A stretch of DNA of 63,743 nucleotides, the filler included, from Dirinaria sp. TL-2023a (taxonomy: Eukaryota): assembly GCA_051941275.1 (NCBI GenBank). It is 5 parts of 5 records of this genome, joined end to end, with 100 filler letters (N's around TTAATTAATTAA, not from the genome) between each part and the next. Parts side by side here need not be neighbours in the genome. Positions count along the whole stretch, not along the records: positions 38,360 to 51,003 come from JAVEBF010000750.1; positions 51,104 to 63,743 come from JAVEBF010000751.1; 3 more parts are not named here. One strand, 5' to 3'. A program made the translations under genes and the position numbers. Each line of letters opens with the position of its first letter. Position 1 is the first letter of the stretch. Below are positions 42,153 through 54,544 of this stretch, piece by piece. The notes under the pieces are model-generated. The model ran no database searches. It saw only the letters and a list, made by a program, of their open reading frames with translations, and was not told where the DNA came from.

Positions 42153-45100
42153 ATGGCCGAACCTATCAGTCTCTTAGCGAGCATCGTTGAGCTCACCCAC
42201 GTGACTTTGAAGGCGTTCCAGTCAGTGTACCTCCATGCGCATGCTTCAGCTAGTACTGTTGACTTTCGTAATCGTTGAAGCTGATAGGTAGGGTTGATTT
42301 AGGTACGCTAACGACTTCAAGAGCGCGGACAGAGAACAAGGCCTACTCGCGTCGGAACTGGCCCAGTTGCTGCCTCTACTCTCCACCCTGAAGTCTCGAG
42401 TGGAAAGTGCGGACTTTGATAATCCAGAGTGTGAGAGAAATTCGATTACGTGGTTTAGCTCTGAATCAGCGGTGACCACCGCCGGTTTGGAGGAAATTAT
42501 CAACTTTGTCAAGATCCTCCAACATCGTTTCGAGCTTGCAAATGCAGGAGGAAAAGGAACGGGAAAAAGGAAAGGAAAAGCTAAGTTGAAGGAGTAAGTT
42601 CTTCCGTTCTATTTATTTATGTAACCAACCACAGTCGTGTGCATGTTTCATGTCTCTGGAGGGCTGTAGCATTGAAATCTAAGTACTAAGATGATACATT
42701 GATGAAGGTGCGATACATTCGCCTCGGCTAATTTATTTTTGCTCCAGGCGACTCGTTTGGCCTTTCAAAAAGCATGAAGTAGGTGCGGCGATCGCCCGAA
42801 TCGAACGCTTCAAGTCATGGCTTGGACTAGCGCTCCAGAATGAAGAACTCAGACTCTCCTACGCAATAAAAGCAGATACAGCTGGCATCGAGCCACTCAA
42901 AGGAGATCTTCAAGACATAGGCCTCAGAGTTGAGACTTTAATCGCAAACGATGCGAGTCGCAAGAAGCAGACGAAGGACGCCCTTCGCCAGCAAATCCTG
43001 ACGTGGCTATCACCTTTCGAATCCCCCAAAAGTCACGCTACAGCACTTCAAAATCATGAGAAAGGAACAGGACAGTGGTTCCTCGATTCTGACGAATTCC
43101 GACAATGGGTTGAGAGGTCCGGAGTGACCCTCTACTGTCCGGGGATTCCTGGCGCAGGTAAAACTGTCATGGCTTCGTTGGTCGTGGAGCATCTCCGTAA
43201 ATTATTCCACCGCGATGACACAGCGGTGCTCTATACCTATTGCCACCACCGCGAGCAGTCGTCGCAGTCTCTCGAGAGCATCATCTCAGGCCTGCTAAAG
43301 CAGATTTTACTGAATAAAAGAGAGATTCCCCACAGTCTTGAGAAGGCTTATTCGGCGCACCTTGAAAAGGGCATTCGGCCTTCGATGCCAGAGCTGACAT
43401 CAATATTGAAATCTATGCTTGACACTATGTCACGGGTATTCCTGGTTGTGGATGCCCTTGACGAGTACAGTCAAAGCGAGTCGGCCTTGGAAGGGCTTCT
43501 CGACAATCTAGACGCTCTTTCGAAGGATGCGAATTTAATGTTGACATCTCGTTTCGCAAAATCCCTTACCGAAAGATACAAGGATGCTATCACGTTAGAG
43601 ATTCACGCGAAAGAAGCGGATGTGAGACACTATTTACGCTCACAAATGTCGAACCTGCCAAGATGTGTAAAGCAAAATCCAAGCCTTCAGCAGTCTGTTG
43701 AAGACACCATTTCTAACGCCGTGGAAGGCATGTGAGTACTCTCCTTCTTGGGTACTTCAGTCACATTGACAGTGTGCAGGTTCTTATTAGCGCAACTTCA
43801 TATGCGCTCCCTGGCCGACAAACTGACACCACGAAGTGTAAAGGCCGCTTTATCTCAGCTGGGCAGAGGTTCTGGGTCCGATGCGATTGACGCTGCTTAT
43901 ACAGACACTTGGCAAAGAATCGAGAACTCCGACAAAGGGTATAGGGAACTCGCTCACCGAGTCATTACGTGGATCGCATGCTCCAGTCGTCCATTGTTTT
44001 TGAACCAGCTACAGTATGCGCTTGCAATTGAGCCAGATGATGAAGAATTTGATGCGGATAATCTTCCGGACCCTGAAACCATCATGTCGGTCTGTGGTGG
44101 CTTAGTCGATATCGATCAAGAGACGAGTAATATTCATTTCGCTCATTACACAGCCCAAGAATACTTCGCACGTCGACGTGAAGAACTATTTCCCAAGGCA
44201 AATGCACGACTTGCGGCCATCTGTATCACCTATTTAATGTTCGATGTTGTGCCCGACGCTGATGATATACGCAAATCACATACTTTTGCAGGCTATTCAG
44301 CATGCTCCTGGAGCGAATACGTGCGAGATTCAGACAGTGAAGAGACAGTCAGCCGTGCTCTGAAGTTCCTGGACCACAAAGCTCACCGACAGCGAGCTGC
44401 AGCATTTGAGTTTGACAGTACCTCTGGATTAATCATTACTTGGGCTTTGCAATTGATCGATTACCAGCCGGATGAAAAAGATTTCCATAAGCTCGAGAAG
44501 GGTAAATATCACATAGGATCTGGCGGTTCCGCACTTTGCATGGCGTCGCGACTCGGCCTGACTGAAATTGCTAGTTCACTTTTACAGCAGGGCCCTGAGA
44601 TTTCTTGGAACGACGACGCTCATCCAATGACGGCATTACACTATGCAGTGATAGAAAGCCACCACGACGTCGTGCGAATCCTTCTTAAAGCAGGCGCTAG
44701 GATGGACATTCGCGATCAGCTTTCCGGTTACTCCTGGACGCCGTTACAGTGGGCGTCACATCAGGGTCGTGACGCTGTGGTGGAGACTCTTATAGCCTAC
44801 GGAGCTGATATAGGCGCAGGAAACGAGCAGGGAAAAACCCCGTTGAACTTGGCACTGAGCCGACGCCATTTCACAGCAGCAACACTATTGGTCAAACACA
44901 AGCCGCAAATCTGCTACGACCGATCACCACTCATCGATGCCGCCGTACAGAATTCTTTGGATATGGTGCGACTATTACTTGATCATGGCTTCGACGTGGA
45001 CGCAACGGAAAATACAATGTTCAATCATACAGCATTCGACATAGCTCTCTCACACTTTCACGTCGAAATGGCTCGGATGCTGTTGCAGAAAGGTGCTAGC

Positions 45101-45652
45101 CTTACGCGAGCAAATAATTACTTTTTCCCGTGGCCCGTTCAACCCATACAAAGAGCTGCTGCACAGGGCAGCGTCGAGACGGTCAGACTCTGTCTGGATT
45201 TCGGTGCAGATCCCAACACCCAAGCTCAAGACCAGTACGGGAACAAGTCTCCGACTCCGCTCATATTCGCTGTAACATACGGCTCGACAAGCAAGGATGG
45301 TCCTGGATACTTGAAGACTCTCCTCCCATCAAGACATGTTGCAACGGCTCGTTTGCTGCTTGAGGAGGGGGCCAATGTCGCATTCCGCGACACTCACGGC
45401 AACAACGCTCTCCATTATGCCATACACTACAAAGACTTGGACATGGCGCGAGTACTGCTGCACTATGGCGCCAAATGGGACCAGGAATCCGTTCAGAATA
45501 ACGTAGGCGCTTCGGAAATTGTCGAGGACATTACCTATAGACAAGCTTCTTGCCAGTCCAAAGAAGAATACTATTTTGAGGTGGCCTTGGCGGTATTCCT
45601 GAAATTGGGCACAGAATTCGGCAAAGCCCAATCTCTTGATCAAGGCAGCTGA
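42153..45652 (+). CDS. Fungal NLR-like protein: HeLo-like N-terminus + NACHT NTPase + ankyrin repeats
   Basis: MAEPISLLASIVEL, RLVWPFKK, ILTWLSP, GTGQWFL, P-loop GIPGAGKT, Walker B LVVDALDE, GMFLLAQL, HYTAQEYF, and multiple ankyrin repeats (TALHYA, TPLQWA, NALHYA). Introns 42221-42302, 42594-42747, 43732-43779. Confidence 0.93.
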
Positions 45653-46432
45653 TGAAGCCTGCCACTCCAAGCGACTCCTCTCTCACAATCTTTCCAACAC
45701 CCTCAACCTACTTTAACGGTTTGCCTATTTGATGATGGCACGTTCGTGGTGAATCAGTCCATCGTCATCTCGTGAAATCATCGTTGCGTGAAACTGGCAC
45801 TCTGTCAGAGCACGAGAGATCGATAGACTTAAGCCCGAGGCATCAAAGAGATCGGATGCATTATCACGCTATAATGAGTAGTAGTTAGTGGGGAAGGGTG
45901 GTGGGCCAGTAGAGTAGGGTGGTGTGGCGGCAGTGAGATCCTTGATTTAACATGTGATAGCAGATATGTTGTTGGAACTGATTGACTGTGCAATTAATAT
46001 CTATCAATGTGGGCTGCTTCTCTACAGTTGCAATAGTACTGAGATAGGTACTGAAGCGTCAACACATGCAACAATTCCTTCATTGTAACATTCCCAACGA
46101 TGCTGTCTCGCTAAAGAAGCCTTAGCGTGTGCGCTAGTGTGGCACTAAGGGCTCGGGCGCGCCCGCTTGATACAAAGCGAGCACTACCTTAGTAACACGC
46201 ACACAACCTTCTTTCCTTTCCTCTGCAACAAGACCATATGTGAAATCGACACCTGCACACTACTTACTGTGGTCTTCTTTTTCTCTTGATCCCTGTCGCC
46301 GGGCGTTTTCTGGGGTCCCTTTGAGGTCCCAGTTACTCCGGATCCTGAGCTTTGTCTCAAGCGGTGTGGGTTTTTCAAATCCCATCGCGTTTCTCCACCG
46401 CGTCTTTGGCGGGTGGATTATAAAACCACAAT

Positions 46433-47893
46433 ATGTCTACTCACACAAACCCTACTCCCCCGCAGGGGAATTCCGTGGAGCTCGCAGTCCTGAAATACAA
46501 GCTGGAGCGGGAGACGAGAAGGGCTAATCGAGCCGAAGAAGGAGCCAAGCGATTCGAAGAGGACCTGCGAGCGCTCGAATCTGACCATGAGCGTTTGGTC
46601 TCTCAAGGTGCCCTATCGTCCGAGAGGATCACTGAGCTCGAAATCGAGCGAGACCAAGCCGTGGCCGAGAAAGAAAAGGCATTGGTCGAAAAAGAAAAGA
46701 CCATCGCTGACAAAGAGAGCGCAATCGCAGAGAAAGAAAGCGCGTTGGCCGAGAAAGAGAGCGCGTTGCCCTCACTGAGAAAGGAGAACGGCGAACCGAG
46801 AGCCAAGTTAACCCGGTTCCAAGAGACCTCTCTCACGATCGAGCGCCGTCTCAAGCAGAAGTCAGCAAGTGTTAGTCAAGCACTCGATCACATGAAGGCA
46901 CTAGTCGGCCATATGAATGCACTAGGCCCCCATTTTCTCACAATTCAGGACCAGGAACGGGACATCATATCACATTTGCACCGTATGCATGGTGCAGCTT
47001 CCGACCTCGACTGGGCGAACGATCAAGAGGGAAATACCAGCAGTCCGCCTAACAACCCAGAGACGAACTTACCTGCTGACGTAGACAGGGACAATGAGCA
47101 GGTCTTTGGCTCTGGGGGGCCTATGATGGATGATGATCATACCACGCCCGCTGCGTCACTTCCCCATATTCAAGACCTGAGTCTCTCGGCCAAGGACGGT
47201 AAACGTCCAGCAGCCGACCCTCCAGGGCCGAAGGGGGGGAATGTAAATAAGAAACAAAGGATGGAGCAGGGCTCGAAGAAATCAGAGGAATTAGCCAAGG
47301 AAAAGCCAACGTTCGCCGAGGCTCTGCAACAGAGACCTAAGAAGCCGACGCCCTTCTCAATACTTTCTGTGAAATTGACTCCAGAGGACATAGAACGGAG
47401 GAATAGAATAAGAGAATTCCTGCGAAAGCGAGAAGAAGGTCCTATATTCCCCGACGACGAAGAGACAGCTGACACGCAGCCGCAGCAACCAGAGAGCGAA
47501 CAGCAGGTCCAGAGCATTGTCGAACAGGAACCGATCACGGCGGCGCAGACCTCGAGCCAGCAAAGCCCCCGAGATCAGGGCTCTCACCCCACTGGTGGGT
47601 CAGAGCAGTAAGCTTGGAGTACGGTGGCAGCTCGAAAGCCCCAGAAGGAGGTCGAAAATGTTGATACGCCAAAGAACCCGAGGGTCTTGCGTGTCAAGCG
47701 TCCTTCTGAACAAGACAAGCCGGAGCAAAAAGCCACCACAGCACCAGCACAGCCTTCGACGCAGCAGGCGGAGGCTCCATCGGCCTCCCAAGCACCTTCG
47801 GAGAGTGAAGACACCATGGCAGGCCCGGGCGGCGGCCGGCGTGCTAAGATCCGAAAGAAGAACTCATCGACTAGGAGAGGGAGAGGGAGATGA
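46433..47893 (+). CDS. Orphan coiled-coil / disordered protein; in-frame TAA at 47609-47611 (stop codon or nonsense mutation)
   Basis: 392-aa ORF with heptad EKEKAL/EKESAL repeats. The same frame stays open after the TAA up to 47893. Confidence 0.6.
46666..46770 (+). repeat. Coding 21-bp minisatellite (5 heptads EKE[K/S]xxx)
   Basis: Five 21-bp units, each beginning GA(G/A/C)AAAGA and the last two nearly identical (GAGAAAGARAGCGCGTTG). Confidence 0.85.
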
Positions 47894-48441
47894 TCGTAAG
47901 TGCCCTAATCCATGACTTGGACTCTTCTAATACTTGCTCATAGTTTGTCTGTCTGATGGACTCGGGTCTACGTGTGCTTGTTGAGATGGGGTTGGAGATT
48001 GGGGAGTACATCAAGTGATGCTACGATTATGTAGCTCTGATATCTCTTAAATCAAGATACAATTGTTCATTTTCTAATCGCTTCAAATACTTCGAAGCCA
48101 TTCTGTCCTTGGACTAATCCCTTCACTGGATGAAGGTGCTCTATCATGTTCTCCGCCAATTCCCTTCCCTTCCCCTTAGTTCGTCGTTCCCCATGACAGG
48201 CTTACTTAACAGAGTGAATCCGACCACTCAAATCATCCGTCGTCTTTCCATTGACATGTAAGCATACCCCTTTTGATACTGACACTTCCTGCGCCAGAGG
48301 TTGCCGTTACACAATTGGCTTGGCCGGGGCGTCTTATACTATATCAACTTACAACGCTTGCTACAATCTTCTCGACCATACCTTAGTTGTCACATCTTTT
48401 CACATCTGTCGCCTCCCCTTTCTATGGATAATAGCTAGCAC

Positions 48442-48606
48442 AGACTTTGTTCTTTTTCCAGCTCGCACCTTTGGTGGAGCGGTTATAAAATCTGTACATC
48501 TCGACGACCGTCATACCCCCATTGCCTCTCTTGGCATCATTAGCACTTGAAGAGACTTTGTTCTCTCGCTTTTTCCTGCTCGCATCTTTGGTGGAGCAGT
48601 TATAAA
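48442..48606. repeat. ~50-bp imperfect direct repeat immediately upstream of the 650-aa ORF
   Basis: AGACTTTGTTCT..TTTTCC.GCTCGCA.CTTTGGTGGAGC.GTTATAAA at 48442 and 48553. Confidence 0.88.
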
Positions 48607-48608
48607 TT

Positions 48609-50561
48609 ATGTCTTCCATGATGAATCTCATAGATTCTTCAGCTGCGGCTCCACGTCCTCGTAGTGAGAACACGGATCTAGAGCGGATGATTGAAGGCCA
48701 GGCCGCGAATACCGCGTCTCCCACGCCGTTGGAGGTGGACTTGACACCGCTGAGAAGTAGCACGTTCGGTCTCCACACAGCGGCGCAGTTGTTCGAAGAC
48801 TATGGTGGGCTACCGACATTGTCCGATGCGGACAGCTTTCGGAGTCCCAATCTCAATCACTTACTTGATGATGTTCAGAACTCTGTTAACCTTCTCATAG
48901 GTAGAGCCAATGAACGACAACGAGATCAAGCTCAAGAGCTCGCCCAGCTGGACGATTTGGCAATCGACGTACACCATTGGAGGGACGAGTTCAACCAGTG
49001 CATCGGCGAGCTCAATGCTACGAAGTTGGCGTTGAATCGTTCCAATTCAGCTTTGGACGCCATAAGCCACGGAGCCAATATATCCACACGAGACGAAGAG
49101 GAGGCTCGCAAAATGCGTATGGAACTGACCGATGCACATGAAAAACTCGCCAAGCTAGAGGAGGACAAAAAGAAAACTGCCCTGGCTTATGCAGATATGG
49201 CTAATCAAGTAGTAGGATTGGAACGGATCAACCACCGTCTAGCGAATCGCATAAGCAGTCTTGCGGAATCCAACGACCAACTTACTTCAGACAATGACGA
49301 ATTGTGGCGTGATACGGTAAGGATGCGAAGGTTGCTTGATGCCGAGCCCACCGAGCTCAATGAGCGTGATCAAAGAATAGTCAATCTGCAACAGGATATT
49401 GCAAGCTTGATCAGAGAGCGCCGAAGTGACGCTATCGAGATTGACCAACTGCAGAGTGCAATCGCCGATAAAGACCTCGCTTTAGAGTGGTCTGAGAAGA
49501 AATGTGACCTTCATAAACGGCCCTGGAACAATTCCAAAGCTACTGCGAATCAGTTGAGGCAGGACAAGAAACGTCTGCAGTCCGAGGTCAAAGATTTGAG
49601 GTCCCAGAAAGGCGATCTTCAAGATTTGCTGGACAATGCTTACAGAGATGCTACCAGGACTGAATCTGATCTAATTGAGGCACTGAACGACGCTAGTTCT
49701 CGACTCGATGCCCAAACCGCCGAGAAAGATAACTCCATGACCGAGAAAGAGGAAGCATTGGCGTCGTTGACTTCGCTGCGCCGCAAGGCTAACGTCGACA
49801 AGAGAGCACTGCAGTCAGACTTGGAAGCAAAGGACGTGGAGATAGCATCCCAGAAAGAGAGGATCTCGCAGCTAATGCTTGAAAAGGATGCCACTGGGAT
49901 AAATCTCAACAAAATTATTACAGAAGTGGGTGATTTGACTAGACAGGTCGAGAGTTTGAATGCAGAGTGCCAACAGCTGCAAGCTACTCGAGAGGTGATG
50001 CGGGCGGAGATGGATATGATGGAAAATCAGCCTCGCGCAACAATTACACTTTCAACAACTCCAAACCGCCCCTCTACTGACAATGATTCGGCTCAGCAGA
50101 ACGACGGTTCGTCTCGCAATCTTGAGGGACCTCCTAGACGCGGAAACACATCGCAGTCCACGGCCGAGCCCAGCGGCAGGAACCTCAAACGCAACGCTAG
50201 GGCGGCCGCATCGGAAGATCGACCAGCAACGACCGCCAAAGTAGCGCGCAACCTCCGTTGGACAATCGAAGAAGTGCGAGAGCCGGGATTCACTGCTGAC
50301 CCGATTCCGGCTCAGTTCTGGGCCATTGTTCGGCAGCAGCTGGAGCAATGGGACACCCGCGATTCAAAGCGTCTTTTTAGGAGCCAAAACAGGGTATGTG
50401 CAGAGACATATCTTCAACATCGGTCCACAGATTGGGATGAAGAGCACACCTGCCGGAGATGTAGGGCAGCTGGTCGGGTCTGTGTAGCTATTCAGCGTGA
50501 GAGGATGGATATTCTACCTCTGAGGGATGGTAGCTCGCGGGTGGAGGATCTGGGTCACTGA
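48609..50561 (+). CDS. Orphan long coiled-coil protein with a C-terminal Cys cluster
   Basis: Intronless 650-aa ORF with a heptad-rich middle and C-terminal C-x16-CRRC-x6-C. Confidence 0.75.
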   Translation: MSSMMNLIDSSAAAPRPRSENTDLERMIEGQAANTASPTPLEVDLTPLRSSTFGLHTAAQLFEDYGGLPTLSDADSFRSPNLNHLLDDVQNSVNLLIGRANERQRDQAQELAQLDDLAIDVHHWRDEFNQCIGELNATKLALNRSNSALDAISHGANISTRDEEEARKMRMELTDAHEKLAKLEEDKKKTALAYADMANQVVGLERINHRLANRISSLAESNDQLTSDNDELWRDTVRMRRLLDAEPTELNERDQRIVNLQQDIASLIRERRSDAIEIDQLQSAIADKDLALEWSEKKCDLHKRPWNNSKATANQLRQDKKRLQSEVKDLRSQKGDLQDLLDNAYRDATRTESDLIEALNDASSRLDAQTAEKDNSMTEKEEALASLTSLRRKANVDKRALQSDLEAKDVEIASQKERISQLMLEKDATGINLNKIITEVGDLTRQVESLNAECQQLQATREVMRAEMDMMENQPRATITLSTTPNRPSTDNDSAQQNDGSSRNLEGPPRRGNTSQSTAEPSGRNLKRNARAAASEDRPATTAKVARNLRWTIEEVREPGFTADPIPAQFWAIVRQQLEQWDTRDSKRLFRSQNRVCAETYLQHRSTDWDEEHTCRRCRAAGRVCVAIQRERMDILPLRDGSSRVEDLGH

Positions 50562-51003
50562 AAGACGCAGGCTTAGTCGTAGTTAGCGGAGAAAAGTTTG
50601 GAAAATGAATATGGCGTTTCCTCCTCTCCTTTGCCTATCACTCTTGTACTATGTGTATCCTCTTTCTAGTTCCATATTCCGATATCGCTAGCCCATTGAA
50701 CTTAGTGTCTCTTCCAATGTCTTGTATGAATCCATAAGCCCACTGTTGCGACGCGCTAAATATCTCCCAAGTTAACTTATCCCACATCTCCGAGAGATCT
50801 TAAGCCCATTGTTCACCATCCAAGAAATATCTCAATATTTAGTCCCCCCCCCCTCCTAACCTCTCCTCCTCCTCTCAGCAGTCTTGCTCAGTCCCAGGAA
50901 TCCCTACAAAATTTAATACTCAAATCACGTCTTCCCGAGTCGATCATCCCCTCCCATCCCAATGAAGAACCATCAATACATCTCAATCTTTTTCTTTATC
51001 TCT

Positions 51004-51103
51004 NNNNNNNNNNNNNNNNNNNNNNNNNNNNNNNNNNNNNNNNNNNNTTAATTAATTAANNNNNNNNNNNNNNNNNNNNNNNNNNNNNNNNNNNNNNNNN
51101 NNN
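51004..51103. other. Artificial contig linker
   Basis: N44-TTAATTAATTAA-N44. Confidence 0.98.
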
Positions 51104-51492
51104 AGATTATGCCGTTCCATTATGAGAGAAGGTGATGGTAAGTCCCCGTTGACCATGGGAATCTGAAGCCTCTCGCCAGTCAAAGATGTAACCGTAAAAT
51201 CGCCATAGTAGAACGTGCTCCCCAACGAACCTGGGGAGATGGGACAAACATCGTCGTCTTCAGGCTGTGCCGAGGGAGCACTTGTGTTGATGGGACGCGG
51301 TGGCCTGGCTCGTCGTACTGCATTTGATCTGTGAAGTTTGCCCTTCTGGTCCGTCAATTCTTCACTCTTCGATGCCGATACGGCGCTGTGGATATAATAG
51401 ATGGAACATCCTACTGCCAAGGCCGCAAGAGCGACTACAGCAGGGCGGTATCGAGTAAGAGATAGACCGTGACTTGCGTTTTGAGAAGTCAT
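51104..51492 (-). CDS. 5' fragment of a protein with an N-terminal membrane anchor (truncated by contig end)
   Basis: MTSQ...RYRPAVVALAALAVGCSIYYIH...LHRSNAVRR: a hydrophobic anchor followed by a basic motif. Confidence 0.6.
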
Positions 51493-52146
51493 TAGAAAAG
51501 AGAGATGCGTATAGATCAAAATCGAGTGGCATGTTCAAAACGAGAAGATCTGTTCAATGCTCCATCCTGAGCGCGCGTTTTTTTCGACGAGTGTAAGGAG
51601 CTTCACAAAGAAGACACATGTAATATTCGAGCGGGGTTTCTGGACTACACGTGTGTCATAGGCTACAAATCGAGCCAGCCTTTTGACTCTTGCTTACCGA
51701 GAGATTTCGGTTGGCCGGTAAATGGTCGAACGTGAAATATTGGAAAGCAGGATCCATCCAGCCCTACCAGGATCTACAAATTGACTCACGTCGCATCTGC
51801 CACTTGCCGCAGAGCCTCAATTAAATACTGGTACAGCTGAATAAGTAGAAGCATTCGTAAGATCTTACAACACGCTCGTCATCCCATTAACACATTTTTG
51901 CTCAAATTAGTAACTTACCTTAACAGAGCAGAGAAATGGCAAGTTCAATCCAGATGGTGGGAGGCATTGATATGTGAAAATGAACATAGATGAAGTTGGA
52001 CAGCGTCCAAGATCGAAGAACGGTTCATTGGTTGGAACCACAGTTTAGCATGAGTATCAGCGAAACGAGTGAAGGGTCTATCTTAACGTATCTATTAAGG
52101 ATCCTGCCTCTGACCCTGAGCCTTTAGACAGTATTCCAAACACTCA

Positions 52147-53655
52147 TCACTGATCGCGATAGTGGCCAGCCACGAGAAATGCCAGTTCAAGCGCTTGCTT
52201 CTCGTTCAACCGCGGATCACAGAAAGTGGTATATCTCTTCTCCAGATCGCTTTCTGCCAGCCCCTCGCTACCCCCGATGCATTCCGTCACGGCATCCCCC
52301 GTCATTTCCAGATGCACACCTCCCAAATAACTCCCTTGCTCACGGTAGATTCGCAGCGCGCTACCCACTTCACCCAAAATATCCTCAAAATGCCGTGTCT
52401 TGACGCCCGTGGGCGTGGAACGAGTATTCCCATGCATGGGATCACATTGCCATATCACGGTATTGTTATGAGGCGATTTCTGGACGGCCTGGATATGCGA
52501 GGGGAGGAGAGATGCGATCTTTGAGCTGCCGTAGCGAGTGATGAGAGTAACTTTACCAATTTCATGGTCTGGATTCACGACATCGAGTAGGCGTACTAGT
52601 TCTTCGGGATCCATGGACGGGCCAACCTTGATACCTATGGGGTTTTGAAGTCCACGAAAGTATTCAACGTGAGCACCATCAATCTGTCGAGTGCGGTCTC
52701 CCACCCACAGGAAATGAGCTGAGGTGTTGTACCAGCCTTTATCCTCTCCCCCGTTGTGATCTGAGGAGACACTGTGATGGTACGATGAAACCGAGCCTCT
52801 CCGCCCCGCTGTTGTTGGCTTCCTCAGCCACCGTGTAAGACTTTGTTCATATTCCAACAGCAGCCCTTCGTGGCTCGTGTAGAGGTCGACGGTTTCCAGC
52901 CCGCTCGCTACACTTTCGGCACCAACCGTTTGCATGAAGCGCAAGCTCCCGGTTATGCTATCCACGATTTTAGAATACTCTGCTCTGATTCTCTCGTCCC
53001 TCACATGTCCTAATCCCCAGTCTAATGGTGAATGCAGGTCGGCCATACCAGACGCGAGCGCTGCTCTCATATAGTTCGTAGTGGCAGCAGAGTGGAAATA
53101 CGCCGCTACCAATCTTTCTGGATCTGGTGTGCGATCCTCCGGATTGTAGCCGTTGATATTGTCGCCTCGAAAAGACGGTATCTCCCGCCCTTCGTAGATC
53201 TCTGTTGGACTGGATCTTGGTTTCGCGAATTGCCCTGCCATCCTTGCTATTCTCACGACGGGTTTGTTTGCGCCCCATATCAAAACCAGACTCATTTGTA
53301 GCAGTAATTTTATCTTTGATTCAATTGCGTTTCCTTCACAGTAGTCGAACAATTCCGCGCAGTCTCCACCTTGAAGAAGGAAAGCCTTTCCTGAAGCGAC
53401 CTCTCGTAGGCTTCGTTTCAATTTACATATTTCCGTCGGTGTTACTATTGGAGGCAGACGCTCGAGTTTAGCAAGTGCTTTGGAGACTGCTGCACGGTCA
53501 GCGTAGGTTACGTCTTGTTTTATGGGTTTCTTGGTCCATGAGGAAGGAGACCAATGTGGAGCAGCGCCGTTTGTTTGGGTTTCCTTCGAGACCTTCAATG
53601 ACGCCGCTGCCTGACCGTCTGTACTAAGGCTCGGCGCCGAAGAAGGAATCTCCAT
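52147..53655 (-). CDS. Class II DAHP synthase (3-deoxy-7-phosphoheptulonate synthase)
   Basis: LLQGGDCAE, RMAGQFAKPRS, YTSHEGLLLEYE, HFLWVGDRTRQ, CDPMHGNT, GVHLE, CDPRLN. Intronless. Confidence 0.96.
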   Translation of the reverse strand: MEIPSSAPSLSTDGQAAASLKVSKETQTNGAAPHWSPSSWTKKPIKQDVTYADRAAVSKALAKLERLPPIVTPTEICKLKRSLREVASGKAFLLQGGDCAELFDYCEGNAIESKIKLLLQMSLVLIWGANKPVVRIARMAGQFAKPRSSPTEIYEGREIPSFRGDNINGYNPEDRTPDPERLVAAYFHSAATTNYMRAALASGMADLHSPLDWGLGHVRDERIRAEYSKIVDSITGSLRFMQTVGAESVASGLETVDLYTSHEGLLLEYEQSLTRWLRKPTTAGRRGSVSSYHHSVSSDHNGGEDKGWYNTSAHFLWVGDRTRQIDGAHVEYFRGLQNPIGIKVGPSMDPEELVRLLDVVNPDHEIGKVTLITRYGSSKIASLLPSHIQAVQKSPHNNTVIWQCDPMHGNTRSTPTGVKTRHFEDILGEVGSALRIYREQGSYLGGVHLEMTGDAVTECIGGSEGLAESDLEKRYTTFCDPRLNEKQALELAFLVAGHYRDQ

Positions 53656-54049
53656 ATTGGTTAGGCTGGTAGGCAAAAATGCCGAAAGCAAGAGAAAACG
53701 ACTTTATATACTATATTGTCAAGAGTTTATGCGATATTCGCTCATCTATGGCTGAGGGACACAGTTGCGGACGAATGTAGTGGTTGCTTTTGGATAGAAT
53801 TGGCCTCTTCTCAACAGCTCAAATAAAATTTCAAGGCTACTTCAATGTCGCAATCAGTATGAATTCAGAAGAGAGAAAAATTAAATTGAGTCATTCCTCA
53901 CCTTTGGAAGAGAAGAAAGGGCTCTTTGCGATGGGATCGACGGCTTTCGCTGGCCGATCCGAGATTCAGCCGGCGGCCTCAACCACAATTATATCGAGGT
54001 CGTTTCTCCTCAACATTCCCTCACTCCACCATATCTGCAGGACCTAGCT

Positions 54050-54544
54050 ATGGCAGAACCTCAACCATCCACAGTGCAAGAAGGGATGGACCCTGAAGGG
54101 CCGCCCGCTCCCACCGGCGCCGACGCGCGCAAAGCAGCCGCTGCTCTGTCCTCCATCGATGCCCGCGGCGAAGAAGATGAGACGCAGCAATCTTCCACCG
54201 TCAAAAACATTGACCAAGAAGCTCTCGGTCAGGCGATTAGCAGGTTAGAGCTCAGCACTGGCAAAGTCACGCCTGGGGGCGAAGAGCAGAAGAGGAAAGA
54301 AGCGGAGAGGAGGAAAGAGAGGGAACGGAGGGCGAAAGTCAAAGTTGACGCTGCGGATGTTGGGTTGCTGGTGTGTAAAACTATTTGGTTCATATGGGAC
54401 GAAGGAGGGAGCAAGAGGGGCTAATGAGGTTTTTAGGTCGAGGAGCTGGATTTGACGAAGATGAAGGCTACGGATTTACTTAAAGCTCATGATGGTGATG
54501 TTATCAAGGCTATGACTGCGTTCGTCACTGCGAATTTATCTTGA
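54050..54544 (+). CDS. HYPK-like UBA protein (intron 54371-54436)
   Basis: KVKVDAADVGLL|VEELDLTKMKATDLLKAHDGDVIKAM is the HYPK C-terminal UBA-like motif. Confidence 0.85.

Noticed and set aside
52147..53655. Horizontal transfer of an intronless class II DAHP synthase
   Set aside because: Class II DAHP synthases are a normal feature of filamentous ascomycetes, and the neighbours are ordinary fungal genes.
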